NCBI GenBank assembly: GCA_010093815.1
Contig: ML996567.1
From: Pseudovirgaria hyperparasitica
Lineage: Eukaryota
Direction: 5' to 3' (one strand)
Length of the DNA: 64,000 nucleotides
Shown one piece after another: positions 12,166 to 26,400 of the stretch (within the stretch, counting starts at the first letter, position 1; each line of letters starts with the position of its first letter). A program made the position numbers and the translations under genes. The notes beneath the pieces are model-generated. The model was given only the letters and a program-made list of their open reading frames with translations. It made no database searches and was not told where the DNA came from.

Positions 12166-12958
12166 GGAACACTCCATTCCTACCACTTTCACTCATTCTC
12201 CGAGCAAGTCTAGACCCCGAGCTGCCCCATCCATCCATCTTGACCCCGCCCACTCAACACGTGGCCATCAGTCCACCAGCCCGAAATTCCCACAAGCTGC
12301 ATCCCACTCCACAGTTCCCCCCTTGCAGTACAGGGGCATACAGTACGGATATGTTACAATTACAGATATAATACAGACTGGAGGAGAGGGGAGGGGGAGG
12401 TCTGCGTTCTTGTACAGTAGGAGGGTCAGGGGATAGGGTCAGGGATGTAGTGTTTGAAGCATGTGTATCTTGTGGCGCTGGTGGATAATGAGTTTGGGAA
12501 ATTGGTGTTGAGGGTTGTGTATGTGTGGTGCGGTGTTGTTTGCGGTTGAGTTTGAGAAGATGGGGGAGTATAGCATAATTGAATGAGTATGGATCAACCT
12601 GTGGATCTGAACATCACTGGTATGTTGAGGATCGTATGTCGCAATGTTTAGATATGGACCTCGTCCGTCTTGGACTTTGGAGAGATGTCACGAATGAAGC
12701 CGTAGTCTTGGTGAGAAATAAAGTCGGCAGAGACTATAGCACCGATATGATTGATGATAGCTCAAATATGTGCATTTTTCATGTTGTGATCATTATATAT
12801 ATTATTTTCAGGAAGAATCTCGTTTCGCGACCGTAACCCATAATCTCATGAACCCCAAATCCCCGTCTATAGTGTGTGCGTGTATTACAAGGAGACCCGA
12901 TTCCCGGCATCACCATGCCAAAACAAAACGACGCAAGAGCACCAAGTAAAGCCCTCTT

Positions 12959-15855
12959 TTAGTAATTAAAGACCATCAAACTCGGATTCAGCATCAGCGG
13001 CATCAGCGCGTGACTCGCCAACGTAATGCTCATGGGCACAATCGCGGCAATGCTATTGATTTCCCAGCCGCGGGGCGCGAAGCAGCCCAGGTAGATCATA
13101 CCGCCGACAAGCGGCACCAAGATGGCATACAGCCACTTGAAGCTGTTAAAGATTTTGGGCATCTCCTTGAAGAAATTCGAGTTTTCCTTCTCCTTAGCGG
13201 TAGCGCCCCACTGCATATCGATCTTAAACATATGTGCGAGGATGGCGAGGTTGAGATGGAAGGGCAGGCCGCCGAAGAAGACGGCGAACATGGGCATCCA
13301 CTTGAAGTTCTCGAGCAGGGCGGGGAAGAGGGCCTTTTCGCCGAGGCGGTAGCGCAGGACGGCGAGGGCGACGTTGCCGAGGAGCGAGAAGACGATGACG
13401 AGCGAGAGGAAGACTTTCCAGGACTCCATGTAGAACTTGTCGAGGTGGCCGTTGAACCAGCCGATAAGGAAGTAGTTGAGGATGGTGAGCGGGAAGCCGG
13501 AGGCGAGGGCGTAGTAGGATGAGATGTAGCCGAGTATGGTGATCTTGGAGCTCAGCTGCATGTCGGACCATAGGAATGTGCGGAAGAGCGGGGTGAAGGG
13601 AGACTTCCAGAGCCATTGGTGGACAGGGTTGAAGACGAGCTCGTTGCAACCGTATGCGTACTTTTCCCATCGTGCAAGTTCGTCGTAGATTGTGAGTGAG
13701 ACACCCTCCTTGAATTGGTTGTCGTGGTAGGTGGCTAGGCGGACGATATTGCCGGCGATCTGGAGACGAAGAGCGATGTCAAAATCCTCTGATACGTGCG
13801 ATTCGGACCAGAAAGCGATATACCCATTTTCTTCGTGGCGACCAACAGACTGTACAGCTTGCCAGCGAAGGAAAGCGTTGTGGCCGACGAAAGGGGCGCT
13901 GCATCAGTCAGTACTGGAATTGCATTAGAGGGAAAAAGGCACTTACGTTTCGCCAGATCCAACAGCAAAACTAACAGCAGAGTAGATAAGATTGGTGAAG
14001 AAGGTGATACCATTCTCAAAGTAGTCCCAGGAGACTTGCATGACACCAGTGGAATGTTGGATGATGGCGACTTCTGGGCTAAGATACATCTCCGCAGCAC
14101 CATATAGGAGACAGTCGGCAGGCTTCCGAGACGTTAGTGATTGAGACTGAGACTTGACAGAAATGACTTACCACTTGGGTATCAGAGTCGACGATGAGGA
14201 TGAACTCTCCAACACGAATGTTCCCATCAGCCTTTGCTCTCGGGTTTTCATCGAGAACCTGTTTGAGGGCAGCCTTGTAAAGTCGCTCTTCCTCGCGGTC
14301 GTCAAGATAGCCATCCTTCTCCAGCTCATTGACCATCTGATCAAGTTTGTCCTCGACCTTGTTGGAAATGTTCAGGGCAAAGTTCATGTTGGAAGCCTTC
14401 TTGAATTTGCCCTTGCGTATAAAACCGTCATCGTTGTGCTTTGGGCGGGAGACCCAACCGATGTTGTTGTCGTGATAGAACTCAACACGCTCTCTGGCCT
14501 CGTCCTCGGAAAGATGTGCGAGACCATCGTCGTTGATGAAGATGGATGCGGTGCCCCCGTGAGACTCGTAGTGAGAAATGGCCTGCTTCAAACTAGTAAC
14601 AGTTGGGATGATGACACCTTGAAGAGACTCCTTGTATACTGGCATCTGGATGGTCATTGGTGGCGGCCTGAAGCCGCTGGCATATGCACGTGAGAGGTCT
14701 GGCTTGATAGCAGAGAAGAACCTGGTGTTTTTCTTCAACCCACCGATCGGCCCAATGAGCTGGAAAAGATCTGTGAACAGACAGATGGCGAAGAACATAC
14801 TGAACAGCATGAAGATGGGTACAGTAGCCAGTAGAGCCATGCGTATGAAGTTTCCATCGGTCAGTGACTGGAGCACAAGATTCGCGCTCCCGAAGCCAAG
14901 CATCAACACGACTAGGAGGCATACTGAGAAACCGACCATAACACTCGAAACGAAGACGAGGGGACGTCCCAGCGACTCAGGATTTTGGGCCTCTTCATCG
15001 ATGGAGGATACTTCTTCGGTCGCCTCAACGGGCTCTTTCTTCTCATCAAGGGGCAAGTTGTGTGTTGAGTTTGCTTCCGAGTTCACAACGGAATGTTGAT
15101 TAGTCATGTTCAGAGGCGTGCCAAGAGCCGAAAACGGGGATGCGGTCGAGCCCCAGATCTGCCACACACGTCAGTTCTGACTTCACCTCATCTGTGTCCA
15201 TCTTGGAACGATAGAAAGACCTACCATTGCAAGCAATTTTCCTTCAATGTTTGCAGCATGGTTCAGGATCTTATCTAGCTCGTCATGCCATACTAGCAGC
15301 AGCTTCTCCTCGCGCACCAGCGCAGCATATTGGAACTTTCGGATGCTTCCAGACGAAGACGAGGCGATCTCTGCCAACGAGTTCACGATCTGGAGTTGCG
15401 ATCCGTTAGGTAAGGCCAGATCGGTCTGATGTGGTTGAATAGTAGAGAAGATAACATCTGTTGTCTGGGTGCTCATGGTGAACGCGACGGCTACGTTAAT
15501 CTTCTGGACTGCTGCAAGAAGCCAGGCATTGACAGGCTCCGGATCGCAGACGTATTCACCGCGTGCCCTGCGTAGGAGAACACCATAGGCGCTGTGTTCC
15601 CGCTCGCTCACGCTCGGTAACCATTGATTGCCTGTTATTCTGCCGGACAGATATTTGATCATCTGTGCACGTGTAAGGACACGAGTAGCGACTGATAAGG
15701 GGAAAGACACTTACAGCCTTGTACTTCATGGCATCGTCGATGAATGTCATAGTGTTCCGCGAAACGGCGACAGGTCTATGATTTGATGATCGCTGAGACG
15801 TGTGCGATGCTCTGGAGGACATGCTGTCCGGGGTAATAGGAGAAATGGTGTCCAT
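12959..15855 (-). CDS. Multi-membrane-spanning GT2 glycosyltransferase (Glyco_trans_2_3 type, putative polysaccharide synthase); exons 15715-15855, 15225-15662, 14172-15158, 13947-14122, 12959-13898
   Basis: Four GT-AG introns join in frame; QMPVYKE, NDDG, KKASNMN, VDSDT, FVGHNAFLRW, VSEDFD motifs; 2 N-terminal and several C-terminal TM helices. Confidence 0.88.
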
Positions 15856-18800
15856 TTTGGAGATTAAGGTGGGTGGAGGAAGAAGAGAAAGTAGGACGAA
15901 TCGCTGATCTCGAGAACCTTGAACGCACAAGAGCGTTAAAAAGGGCTCTTCGAATTCAGAACTCTAGACCTCTTGAAAGCTCAATTGATAATACGACTCG
16001 AGCAACGGCAATTTTTGATACTCAGTCAAGATGAAAGAATACTCTCGAGCTTTAGGAAGGACCCTGGAAGAGATATACCTATGGTAGACGATCGACGGAG
16101 CTTACCCTCAGCTGAGATGTAGAGAGGTAGGATGACGGCAGGTTCCCTCGGTGGTTGAGGCTTGGAGATGGTGGAAGCTCAAAAGAAAATCTGGACGAAA
16201 AAAGATCCAGACCTTCGAGCCGACGCGATGAGAGTTGCCGCGAGCGGATATGGGTCCCAGGAGTATGGTTGATGGCTCCACATGTGTCAGATCAAAAGGA
16301 AAGCTGTGATAGGGAAAAATAGATCCTTGAAGACGACACTTTCCTAGCGAAAGCTGAATCGGTGATCGCATACTGCGGCGGCGCCGGCAGAGACGCCAGT
16401 CAGCGCAATCGATGGCGTTTGTAGCCCTGAAGCACATGGTGGAGCATGCTGAACAGATTCGGTCAAACCACCCATGCACCGCGTGCATATACCAGAGGCG
16501 CCAGCATCGATAGCTTAGACAACAAGGGGGGATGGAAAAGAAGCTACAGAAGGACCCTCGGGCATGATGGCTGGTGTGAGATTTGAGATAGATATGCAGT
16601 AGCGCGGCTTCGTCCAAAATGGGTCAATGAAATATTACGGTGCCAATTGAGTAAGTAGACCAAAGCTGGTTTCCAAGTGAGGACTAGTCTTTGAAGTTCA
16701 GGCATCAAACTCCACGCGCAACGAAGTCCCTTGTATATGACACGGTAGGGGAGGGCTGGTGATTAGTTAGTGGAGGGCATGTGCCGCTTGTGGGGGTTGG
16801 GTAGAGTATTGTTTGGAAGCAGTGATTTATAGCGTGCATGATGAGCCGACACACCCCAAACGATTGCCAAGATGCTATGCAAAACACAGAGCGGGACAGG
16901 AATTGAAAGTCGAAGGACCACAGCGTAACATACGAGATATGTAACAGCGCCGCATATAACAGAGGGACCTAGCAATAACATCAGAACATTTGCTGTCCCT
17001 GTGCGTTGTGATGGATGAATATATTCCAATCCCTCCATAAAAGTCATAACGAGAAGCATTAATGTTTCTGTCTTGACCAATAGGATACAAATTCCCTTGT
17101 CGGCACCTGGTAGCTTTAGCAGCAGCAGACAGGTACGCAAGGGAGGGGCATGTGCCAAATAATGGTCAATTGGTTTGGTATTATTGTATTACGAAAGCAC
17201 CACAGCAATTGGAAACGAACGCTGAGGGGGCAGAAGTGTATAATAAGAAGAAGGCCACCATGTTGGCCACTGCAAAGGTGTAAAGAGGGAGACGTCGGGG
17301 ACGATGCCATTTTGGTACGGGTACATCCGAACACGCACTCGGCAATGGACGATACTCGTGCCTGAGCCTTGTAAATTTTTACATTTGCCATTTGCAACTT
17401 TTGGGTCTCTCGCCAAGAACCCCCCATGCCCATGCGTAGGCGTAGACGTAGGCTGTGCTGTGACAGTTCACACGAGCTAGCACGGAGCAAAGAAAGATGG
17501 CGGGAGACCGTCACAGACGGCGGGAGATGGCGGATTGAGATGGGAGCCAACGAGAACTAAGCTCTGTAGCTCCTTGTCTGGTGAAGCAGAGAAGGTTCAG
17601 AATATTTAATATGGACTGAGATGGACCGCCGAGTGCTTAGCACGAGAAGCAGGGTTGTTGTCGACGAACAGAGGGATGGCATGCACTCGCGTTCTGTGTA
17701 TGATGGCAATTAATGGATTACCAGTAGAAGACATTTTCACGAATCCACTTTAATTGAGAGCAAGAATATGTGGAGAATGGTTCAAAGTAACGAAGCATCA
17801 ACATTTCTGAAGAGTTTTCTAGGACACCGGAAGAGAATGTCAGTCTGTATGTGTGAGTGGTTGGTGGTGGTGGCGGTGTATCCATTAATTATTATCTATC
17901 ATGTACCATGTATCTTGTATTATGTATTATATATCATGCATTTGAGTATTATATATCACGAAGAAGTAGAGGATGGAAAGTTGCGCCTTCTTCGGCGGCG
18001 GAAGATCGGCAGGGCAGTCCAGTACGTACGTACCTACCTAGTTGGGTATGTAAGTAGATACTTTACTTCCACAGACTCGAGCTTAGTCAGTCTAATACAA
18101 CAGGCCTGCCAGTGCCAGTGGAATGTTACCTTACCTTCTAATACTTTACCTCTACACACTGAACAGACGCAGCTCAGAGCAGACGCCTGTTCATCTCGTT
18201 TCCATTTCCATTCACGACATTCAAGCCATGACAGTCGATTCGTATCGCATCGCACCTCATACCGCTTTCTCGCAAGGTCTCCGCCTCCGCACTAGCCGTG
18301 TCCCAGTTGCGTACAAGCACGCACAGCAGTACTATGTAGTGCGTACGCAACGACACAAACGTGGTCAATCTCGATGAACCGATAAAGAGTGGACCGTCCA
18401 TATCAAGCGAACGCCTCTAGCAATTGCCATGGCCGCGAGGCATAGGCAAGCGAGTGCGTCCCAATAAGCAACACGGCTGACACGGGTGGCATTTCTCGCT
18501 CAGCCAGCTATAGAGAGGTAGAGAGGGACAAGCTCAACGCCATTTCGGCATCAAGGCGGCGCTACGAGCCATGGTTGTGTGATTTTGGCTGCTGGCTGCT
18601 GGCTTGTGCAAGGGCCAGCAGCTTATATGCGCCGAAATCTAGAAGCCATTTGAGTCCGTTGGCGCCCGTTCAAGCCACTACAGACATCAACAACACCAAA
18701 CACCATCTCTCCACGCAACACCCCAGCGCACTAGAGATAACAGCCTCGTCTTGCAAGCCACGGCCCTCGGCACCCCTACACTCCCCTTGTCCCATGTCAG

Positions 18801-20028
18801 ACCGCACGGACCATCTAGCATCGACACGATAACCGTCAGCATCAGTAGTCTCACAAAATGTTGTACAATACTCCAAGAGTCCAAATGCAAGTCTTGATGT
18901 CTAATCTCATCACCTCACACGCTGACGCAGACCTGATTTCTGCAGAACGTCGTGCTTTTCTATGTAGGCGGGCCTTGTGTGATACATGTAAAACGCCAAA
19001 CGCCGTTGAAGATCTGCGCTGGATCGACGTGGAGAACAGCAACATGCCGATCCGGTTCAACTGGGAGACGCTGCTAAACAAGCAGAAGTTTGTGGTACGC
19101 CTCAATCTCTTCCGCGGTAGGCCCCGTCCATCTATCGATACGCTTGGCTTGGTGTACCCGATCGAATCCACCCCGATCGTGATTGGGCCCTCTTTGGTAG
19201 ACCCTCACCCTTGTCTACAAGTATTTGTTACATTGTATATACCTGTGGAGCCTGCGGGCCTTCGGGCGCTCGGGCATAGCCACTTATGATTATTCTACGA
19301 ACTCGGCACTTTGCAACTTGGCTCACTTGTTCTTACTGTACCATGCGGAGAGTATGTTACTCCTCGCAACATGTGCATGACGGAGTTGCTCCTCCCGACA
19401 AGTCTGATTTTGCTTTCACAGGGGAATTTTCTATGTCTCAACATCTCATATTATACAGTATACCGTTTCGAGCTAGTTCGTGTTTATGCAGGTCAGCAAG
19501 AAGACAGCCAGGATGACCCCTTTGGGCGAGTGGGTCCCCAGATAAGGTTACGGCAGTGGTGTATTGCACTTGCGAGCTATGCAACTAACACTGAGTCAAT
19601 AGTCCCTCGGTTTGTATCTATCCATGTCGCCTAGCTTTGCATGATGATCCCTCCCGCATCCATGCAGATAGTCGCACAATTCATGACCTGCTCGTGGCTC
19701 CTAGACCACCTGTCAAATAATTACGTGGGTTGCTAAAAAGGAACGCCTCTAGAACGCCGCCGACGCATGGAATTCTCCATACGCCGCGGCAGTCAAAAGA
19801 AAGAAAAAAAAGTCTACAGGCCTGTCAAGACAGCTTCTGGAACCACTCTTCAGCTGGGCTGTATCACATCAAGCCCCATATCAGACATGGGGATAGCCGC
19901 GAATATTGTTTCCATCTGAAGTTGTATTATTATTATTATTATTCATATCGCGCTCTCTCGCGAGAGAACATTGACTGATCCGCACCACCCAAACACCCAG
20001 ACACTCAGCCAACACTCCCCTCTCCACC

Positions 20029-21711
20029 ATGTCCCAGACACCCCCTACTGTCCGTGGGCCTTTCTCGGACAGCGCCGCAGTCTCTTCAGCTTCATCCATA
20101 AGACCGTCTCTGCTTTCAGAGACACACTCATTCTCCGATGGAGGTGCCTATACGGGCAAGCACAGATTCACTAGCTACAAGCTAAAGGGAGAGTATGTAT
20201 CTCGACATCGGACCTGTCTACGACATGACATGATGCTGATAGCTGGCAGATATGAGAGACCATGGGTAAGCGACAAGAGGATGAAGAAGTGGAAATATAG
20301 CAACTATATCATCTGGGTGTTCATTGGGATTGGATTCGTGCTCGCGGCGTATATCAATTACACTGCTGCAATGAAAGTCGAGAACAAGCCCGTAAGTGAA
20401 GCTGCTGTGCAGGCAAAGGGTTAGGTTGCTGACCTGACATTTTGTAGATGTGTCTGATCATGGAGGACAATTTTGAGCGATTTAATGAAGACAATTGGTT
20501 CCACGAGGTCCAAGTCAATGGGTTCGGGTCGGGAACTTTCGACTGGACGACGACGGACGAGAAGAATACGTTTGTTGACAGTGAGGGTCTTCACATTGTT
20601 CCGACCCTCACGACCGACACAGCTGGAATTACGAGAGACCAGATCTTTGACGGATACACGCTCAACCTGACGCAAGCAGGAGGCGACGGCAGCTGCACTG
20701 GAAGTAGCAATAGTGAATGCTCGATCCACTCTAACGGTACGCTTGGACAGATCATTCCTCCTGTGCGGTCTGCAAGGCTTTCGACGCGGGGCAAGAAGAG
20801 CATCAGATATGGACGCATTGAGGTAACAGCCAAGTTTCCTCAGGGAGACTGGCTGTGGCCAGCAATTTGTACGTGTGACTTGATTCTATGGCAGGCTGTA
20901 GCTAACAGAAGAAGGGATGATGCCAGAGGATAGTGTGTACGGAGTTTGGCCCAGAAGTGGAGAACTAGACATTGCCGAAGGACGAGGCAACGGAGTTGAC
21001 TATGCTCTCGGGGGCCGCGACATCTACACGAGTTCAATGCACTGGGGTAAGTGTAGATTCTGGCGCAATAGGGTATGAGGATTTAGAGGCTGACGCAGTA
21101 TACAATGCAGGACCGACGACAAGCACAGACGCATTCTGGCGAGCAACCCGAGGACGTCAGCTTCGACGGACAGACTTCAGCAAAGGGTTCCACACATTCG
21201 GCATAGAGTGGTCATCGGACTACCTCTTCACGTATGTGGACAGCAGACTGCAGCAGGTCATGTATTGGCGATTCAAGAACGAGCAGACGATGTGGGAGCG
21301 CGGTGACTTTGGGCCGGCGACGGAGAATTCGAGCATTGTATCGAACCCATGGGCTGGTGCAGCGGGCAACGCGGCACCGTTCGACCAGAACTTCTACCTT
21401 ATCTTGAACGTGGCAGTGGGTGGACGCAACGGCTGGTTCCGGTAAGTGGGCGTCCGACACGCAAGCATCACGCGATATACTGACAGTCGGACTAGGGACG
21501 GTGAAGGTGGTAAGCCGTGGACGGATGCTGGAAACAGTGCATACGACTTTTACAAGAGTGAGTTTGTACAGAAACCAGTGTGCTAGTGAGTACAGAAACG
21601 CTGACTTTCCTGTGCGCAGACATTGACCAATGGCTGCCGACTTGGGGCGAGGGCAACGCTCGCGGCATGACGGTCAAGTCAGTGAAGATGTGGCAAGAGG
21701 GAGCATGCTAA
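20029..21711 (+). CDS. Type II membrane GH16 (beta-1,3-glucanase / glucan-binding protein-like); 7 exons
   Basis: Spliced frame gives one TM helix, then PPVRSARL, YGRIEV, GDWLWPAIWMMP, the catalytic WPRSGELDIAE (ExDxxE), FHTFGIEW and APFDQNFYLILNVAVGG; ends WQEGAC*. Confidence 0.9.
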
Positions 21712-23446
21712 AAAAGGCTGATGATCGAGTTCTGCATTTTTTTTCAGCTCGTGTTGTACAGTGCTCGCTGTACATTGTTGCAGCAGGTTGCATGGGTTTG
21801 CTACATCAGGGTCTGTCTGATGATAGCTAGATGGACAAACGCGGCGTACATTCAGGGCGTACATGGGACGAGATTATTGCTGGGGTGTAACGATGTATGA
21901 GATATAGACCGATTATAGCATGGTGTTCTTTTAGTGACTGACTGATTGACTGCATGTAATTTGCATATTGATATGGGTATATACATATATATCCATATAC
22001 GTATATGAGTGTACGTATGTACCTATCTATATATATGCACGTCGAATGTGGTGTTTCGAATTGATATATGCACTACCCCCACCGCTACTGCTGATGACAC
22101 CTGAGCGGATAGAATAGACAGATAGACAGGTAGATAAGACAGATATCGGTCAACATCTAGCCCAGAAGGCTGCATGGCAGTGCATGAAGTAGTAGTGGTG
22201 GTGGGCTCGATGGATGTTGATAAGGATGATGAGCGTTAGAGACGTGGTGTGACATTACAGTGCATGTTGGTTGGTGGTGCAAGCTGGAGTATACGAGTAA
22301 ACATGCATTCATTCATTCATCCCGGGAGCGTTTCGGTGTGACGTTGGGATAAGACGTGGTAAGGTATTGAGGCGGTGCTGTACTGTGGTCCAGGAATGTT
22401 AAATACTGGGGTGTGCTGTGGTATACCGTATCATACTATGGTATGCGGTACTTGTGCTATGATATACTGCATATCATCCCATACCGACATTGATAATGCG
22501 TAATTACTGTACCCACTCGTCAGTTGCATTTTCGTACCGTCATCGGTCCTTCTGGAGCCCTTCTATGCAGGCTGGCAGATAGACAAACAGGCAGGTAAAC
22601 TAATCACTCGTGTTCTTCCAATATGATGTGCATATATATCAGCGAGGGGCAGTGAAAGCACATATCAGCACGAGTCAGAGTCAGAGTGAGAGTCAGAGGA
22701 TGGATGGGCGGGAGGAGCCATGATAATACGAGGTGGCGTTCATCCGGGGGGGCTTTTGGTGTACGGCAGCCCAAATGTGGTATTGGGACCCCTCCCCCCC
22801 CCTGGCCAAGACCATGACCACGACTCATCCCTGCCGCCATGTTGCTCCCACGCACTACACATGCACCCGCTGCAACGTCTTCTATTGATTTTTGCCCTTC
22901 ACTGCATTTTCTCACCACCAATGTCCTATCCCAATACAATCTCAATCCTAACTCCAACTCGACGCCTCCATGGGGCTACCACCCGTCAGCCCAACTAGCC
23001 AAGTGCTTCATACTTTCCATGAGCCTCTACACACTCGTGTGTTGTGCCGCTAATAGCCCTATGCCTCATCTGGTCAATGTATTCACTTGCTCGGCCGACA
23101 CTTCATGGGGCATGAGAGAGCCTCCTCACCGACTATGGATGTTGTCCGTCTCGGCCTTTCAGCCCTCTTTTGCGCCTCGCTGACAGAATGGAGAACTCCA
23201 GATCTGTCTTTTCTGAATCGGTACTGCTGACGTCTACCGGACCTGACTGCCATCACTTGACCTGGACGCATCGTATTGTAGCACTGCCATGTTGTTCTTC
23301 GTGTGTGTGTTTTTCACTCCATTAAATATGTCGCTGTCCCTGCTTGTTTGGCCCCCTCTCCAGCCCGTCGTTGTCTCTCCCTGACCTTGACTTCGGTTGC
23401 TGTCTTGCCTCCATTCAGGCACAATAGGTCGATAGCTTAGCCAAGG

Positions 23447-26400
23447 ATGACGAGCCTATTCTCAATCTGCCTGTTCCTGTCTGCTTCTTGGGTGAGTGAG
23501 CTCGCTTCCGGTCCTGTCTATGCACGTCAACCTGACTGAGCCCCTGGCTGACATTTATCTCTTGGCGATATAGTTTGCTGCTCCCTCCAGTGCTAGATCC
23601 CTGCCGTGGGCAAGCAATGTACATCTTGCCGCACGCGACTTGACGCCTGCTTCGAAGCTCCCTGGTAACTGGACATATCAAGGATGCTATTCGTGTGTTT
23701 CTCTATCTATCCAGATTATGTGCTTTGTTGACGTGCTGATCCTCATCTTGCAGTGATAGCACGGGGTCCCGCACCCTGAGCAATGGCGGCTACAATAGCG
23801 GAAACCAAATGACCGGCGAGGTGTGTATCTCGTACTGTAGCCAGAACGGCTTCATCTATGCTGGAACAGAGTATGCCGGGGAGTGCTGTATGTTGATCTC
23901 GTCACACTTTTGTTGTATTAAAGGCGCCCCAATGCTGGATCATGGCTTTGTCGATCCATACTACAATCACTGACCATGTTGCTCCTCTGATTTAGACTGC
24001 GGAGCTCGTCTCTCGAGCACAGCGACCGAGAGTCCGGATTCGGACTGTAACATGGCCTGTAATGGTGATGCGGCGCAGGCATGTGGTGGTCCAGGCCGTC
24101 TTACAGTATATTGGAACGGACAGTCCCCTGCTGCGGATCCTATCGTCAATCCAGGTCCAGCTGGATGGAAGTCTTTGGGCTGTTATGAGTACGTGAAATT
24201 CAATCCTGCCATGATACACCCCCTATATCACACATCTCGATCAACCCCAGTCTCCAATTGCTTGGCACTATTGTACATACTAACAAAAGGGGCAGAGATG
24301 GCGGTTCCCGCACGCTCTCCCAGGGCGTTGCCGTACAGGGAGATTTGACCGTCGCCAAGTGTACGGCTGCGTGCAAGGCGGGCAAATACAAGTATGCTGG
24401 GGTCGAATACTCGTACGAATGCTGTGAGTCGGTCCAAACGACCTAGACCGTCCCGGAAGCCGTCTAATGTCTGCTAGATTGCGGTAACACAATCGACAAC
24501 GGCCATGGCCCCAAGTCTGATGGCTGTACGATGACATGCAAGGGGAACAGTACCGAGTTTTGTGGTGGTGCGAACCGCATCAACCTGTACGGACCGCCAG
24601 ACGCCGTTCAGTCGTCTGCACCAAATTCTCAACCTTCCCCGACTGTTGATCCGGGCACCGCCGTTGATCGGCCAAACACTGATGCTCCAGTACCTGCTCA
24701 GACCACACCGTCTGAGGTTGATGTAGCCACCACGCCTACTGGTGCTGTTGCCACGGCGGCACCGAGAGAGACTGGCTCGGCTAACCAGCTGCCGCAAGGC
24801 TGGACCTATGCAGGCTGCTATGTAGATGGCCAATATGGCCGTATTCTGGTGCATGGACCGCCCGATAGCGACTCTTTGACCATCAATGGGTGTGTGTCGA
24901 CATGCGTGCAGATGGGATACTCTGTTGCAGGGATGGAATACTCCAGGCAGTGCTTCTGTGACAACTACATCCGTAATGGCGCGCTCAACACTACGGACTC
25001 GGACTGTAGCATGGCTTGTTCCGGGGCTGCTGACCAGAAGTGCGGTGGACCGGACAGAGTGAGTGTGTATGGTCAAGCGCCGGTGAAGATCATTCAGCGG
25101 CCCGAACAGCAGACGGATAACTTGCCTGGTAACTTCAAGTATATTGGCTGTCGCACGTGGGTTACCCTGGGGCGTTTCCACGACGATACTTTGATATACT
25201 AATTCATGACAGGGACGACTCTGGTGGTACAAGGACATTACCGTACAAAGCTGTCTACGCAAACACCAACAATGCCACCACATGCCTGACCTCATGCATG
25301 ACGTTCGGCTACAACGCGGGCGGCATGGAGTACGGCGAGGAGTGCTACTGCGGCGACCCAGACATGGTCCCGGCGGGAACCACCTTTGTCGATGATTCCG
25401 AGTGCAACACTCCTTGTCCCGGGAATCCGGAAGCGTTCTGCGGCGCCGGAAATCGCATGTCCTACTACGAATATCAGGGCGATCAGCTCCAGGTCTGGAA
25501 CTACCCCTCTGGCAATGATGCTGGAAGGTACGAGTTTCTCATCTACGCGCCGACTGTTGCCCTCATCACCACTTTGGGGGTCAATGGGAAGGTTACTTTC
25601 CAGGAGAAGTTCGGTACTCAGTACAATGGCACTGGCTCATACGAGTTTGACCCCTTTTACGAGGACAATTACGATGCGGCCTGGCGCGAGATGATTGGTC
25701 TTCGGACGGACATTTTCTGCGCAGCCGGTCTCGTTCTTCCGGATAGAGCTGGTCGACAAGTCACCTTTGGCGGCTGGGCAGGCACGTCGACCATGGGCAT
25801 CCGCCTCTACTGGCCAGATGGTGCGCCTGGCGAGCAGAGTGTCAACGACTGGGAGGAAAACGCCGACGAGCTTCAACTACAGAACGGTCGCTGGTACCCC
25901 AGTGCCATGCAAATGGCCAACGGCTCCATCCTCATCGTCGGTGGCGAGACAGGCTCCAACGGACCTGCTGTCCCTACCATCGAAATCGTGCCTCGCGTCG
26001 GCCCTGTACTTACCATGGACTGGCTACAGCGAACCGACCCCCTGAACCTCTACCCCTTCCTCGTCGTCCTCCCAGGCGGCGGCATCTTCGTCGGCTACTA
26101 CAACGAAGCCCGCATCCTCGACGAAAACACCATGGCCACCATCAAAACCCTCCCCAACATCCCCGGCGCCGTCAACAACCCCCTCGGCGGCCGCACATAT
26201 CCGCTCGAAGGCACCCTCATGATCTTCCCCCAGCACGCTCCCTACACCGACCCCCTCGAAGTCCTCATCTGCGGCGGCTCAACCCCCGGCTACCCAGTCC
26301 CACTCGACAACTGCGTCTCCACCCAGCCCGAAGCCGCAAACCCGCAATGGACTATCGAGCGCATGCCCAGCAAGCGCGTCCTCTCCTGCATGACCGCCCT

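Noticed and set aside
13010..13670. Overlapping antisense or alternative-frame ORFs over GT2 (likewise over AA5, CYP52 and AFG2)
   Set aside because: Shadow ORFs caused by high GC3 codon bias
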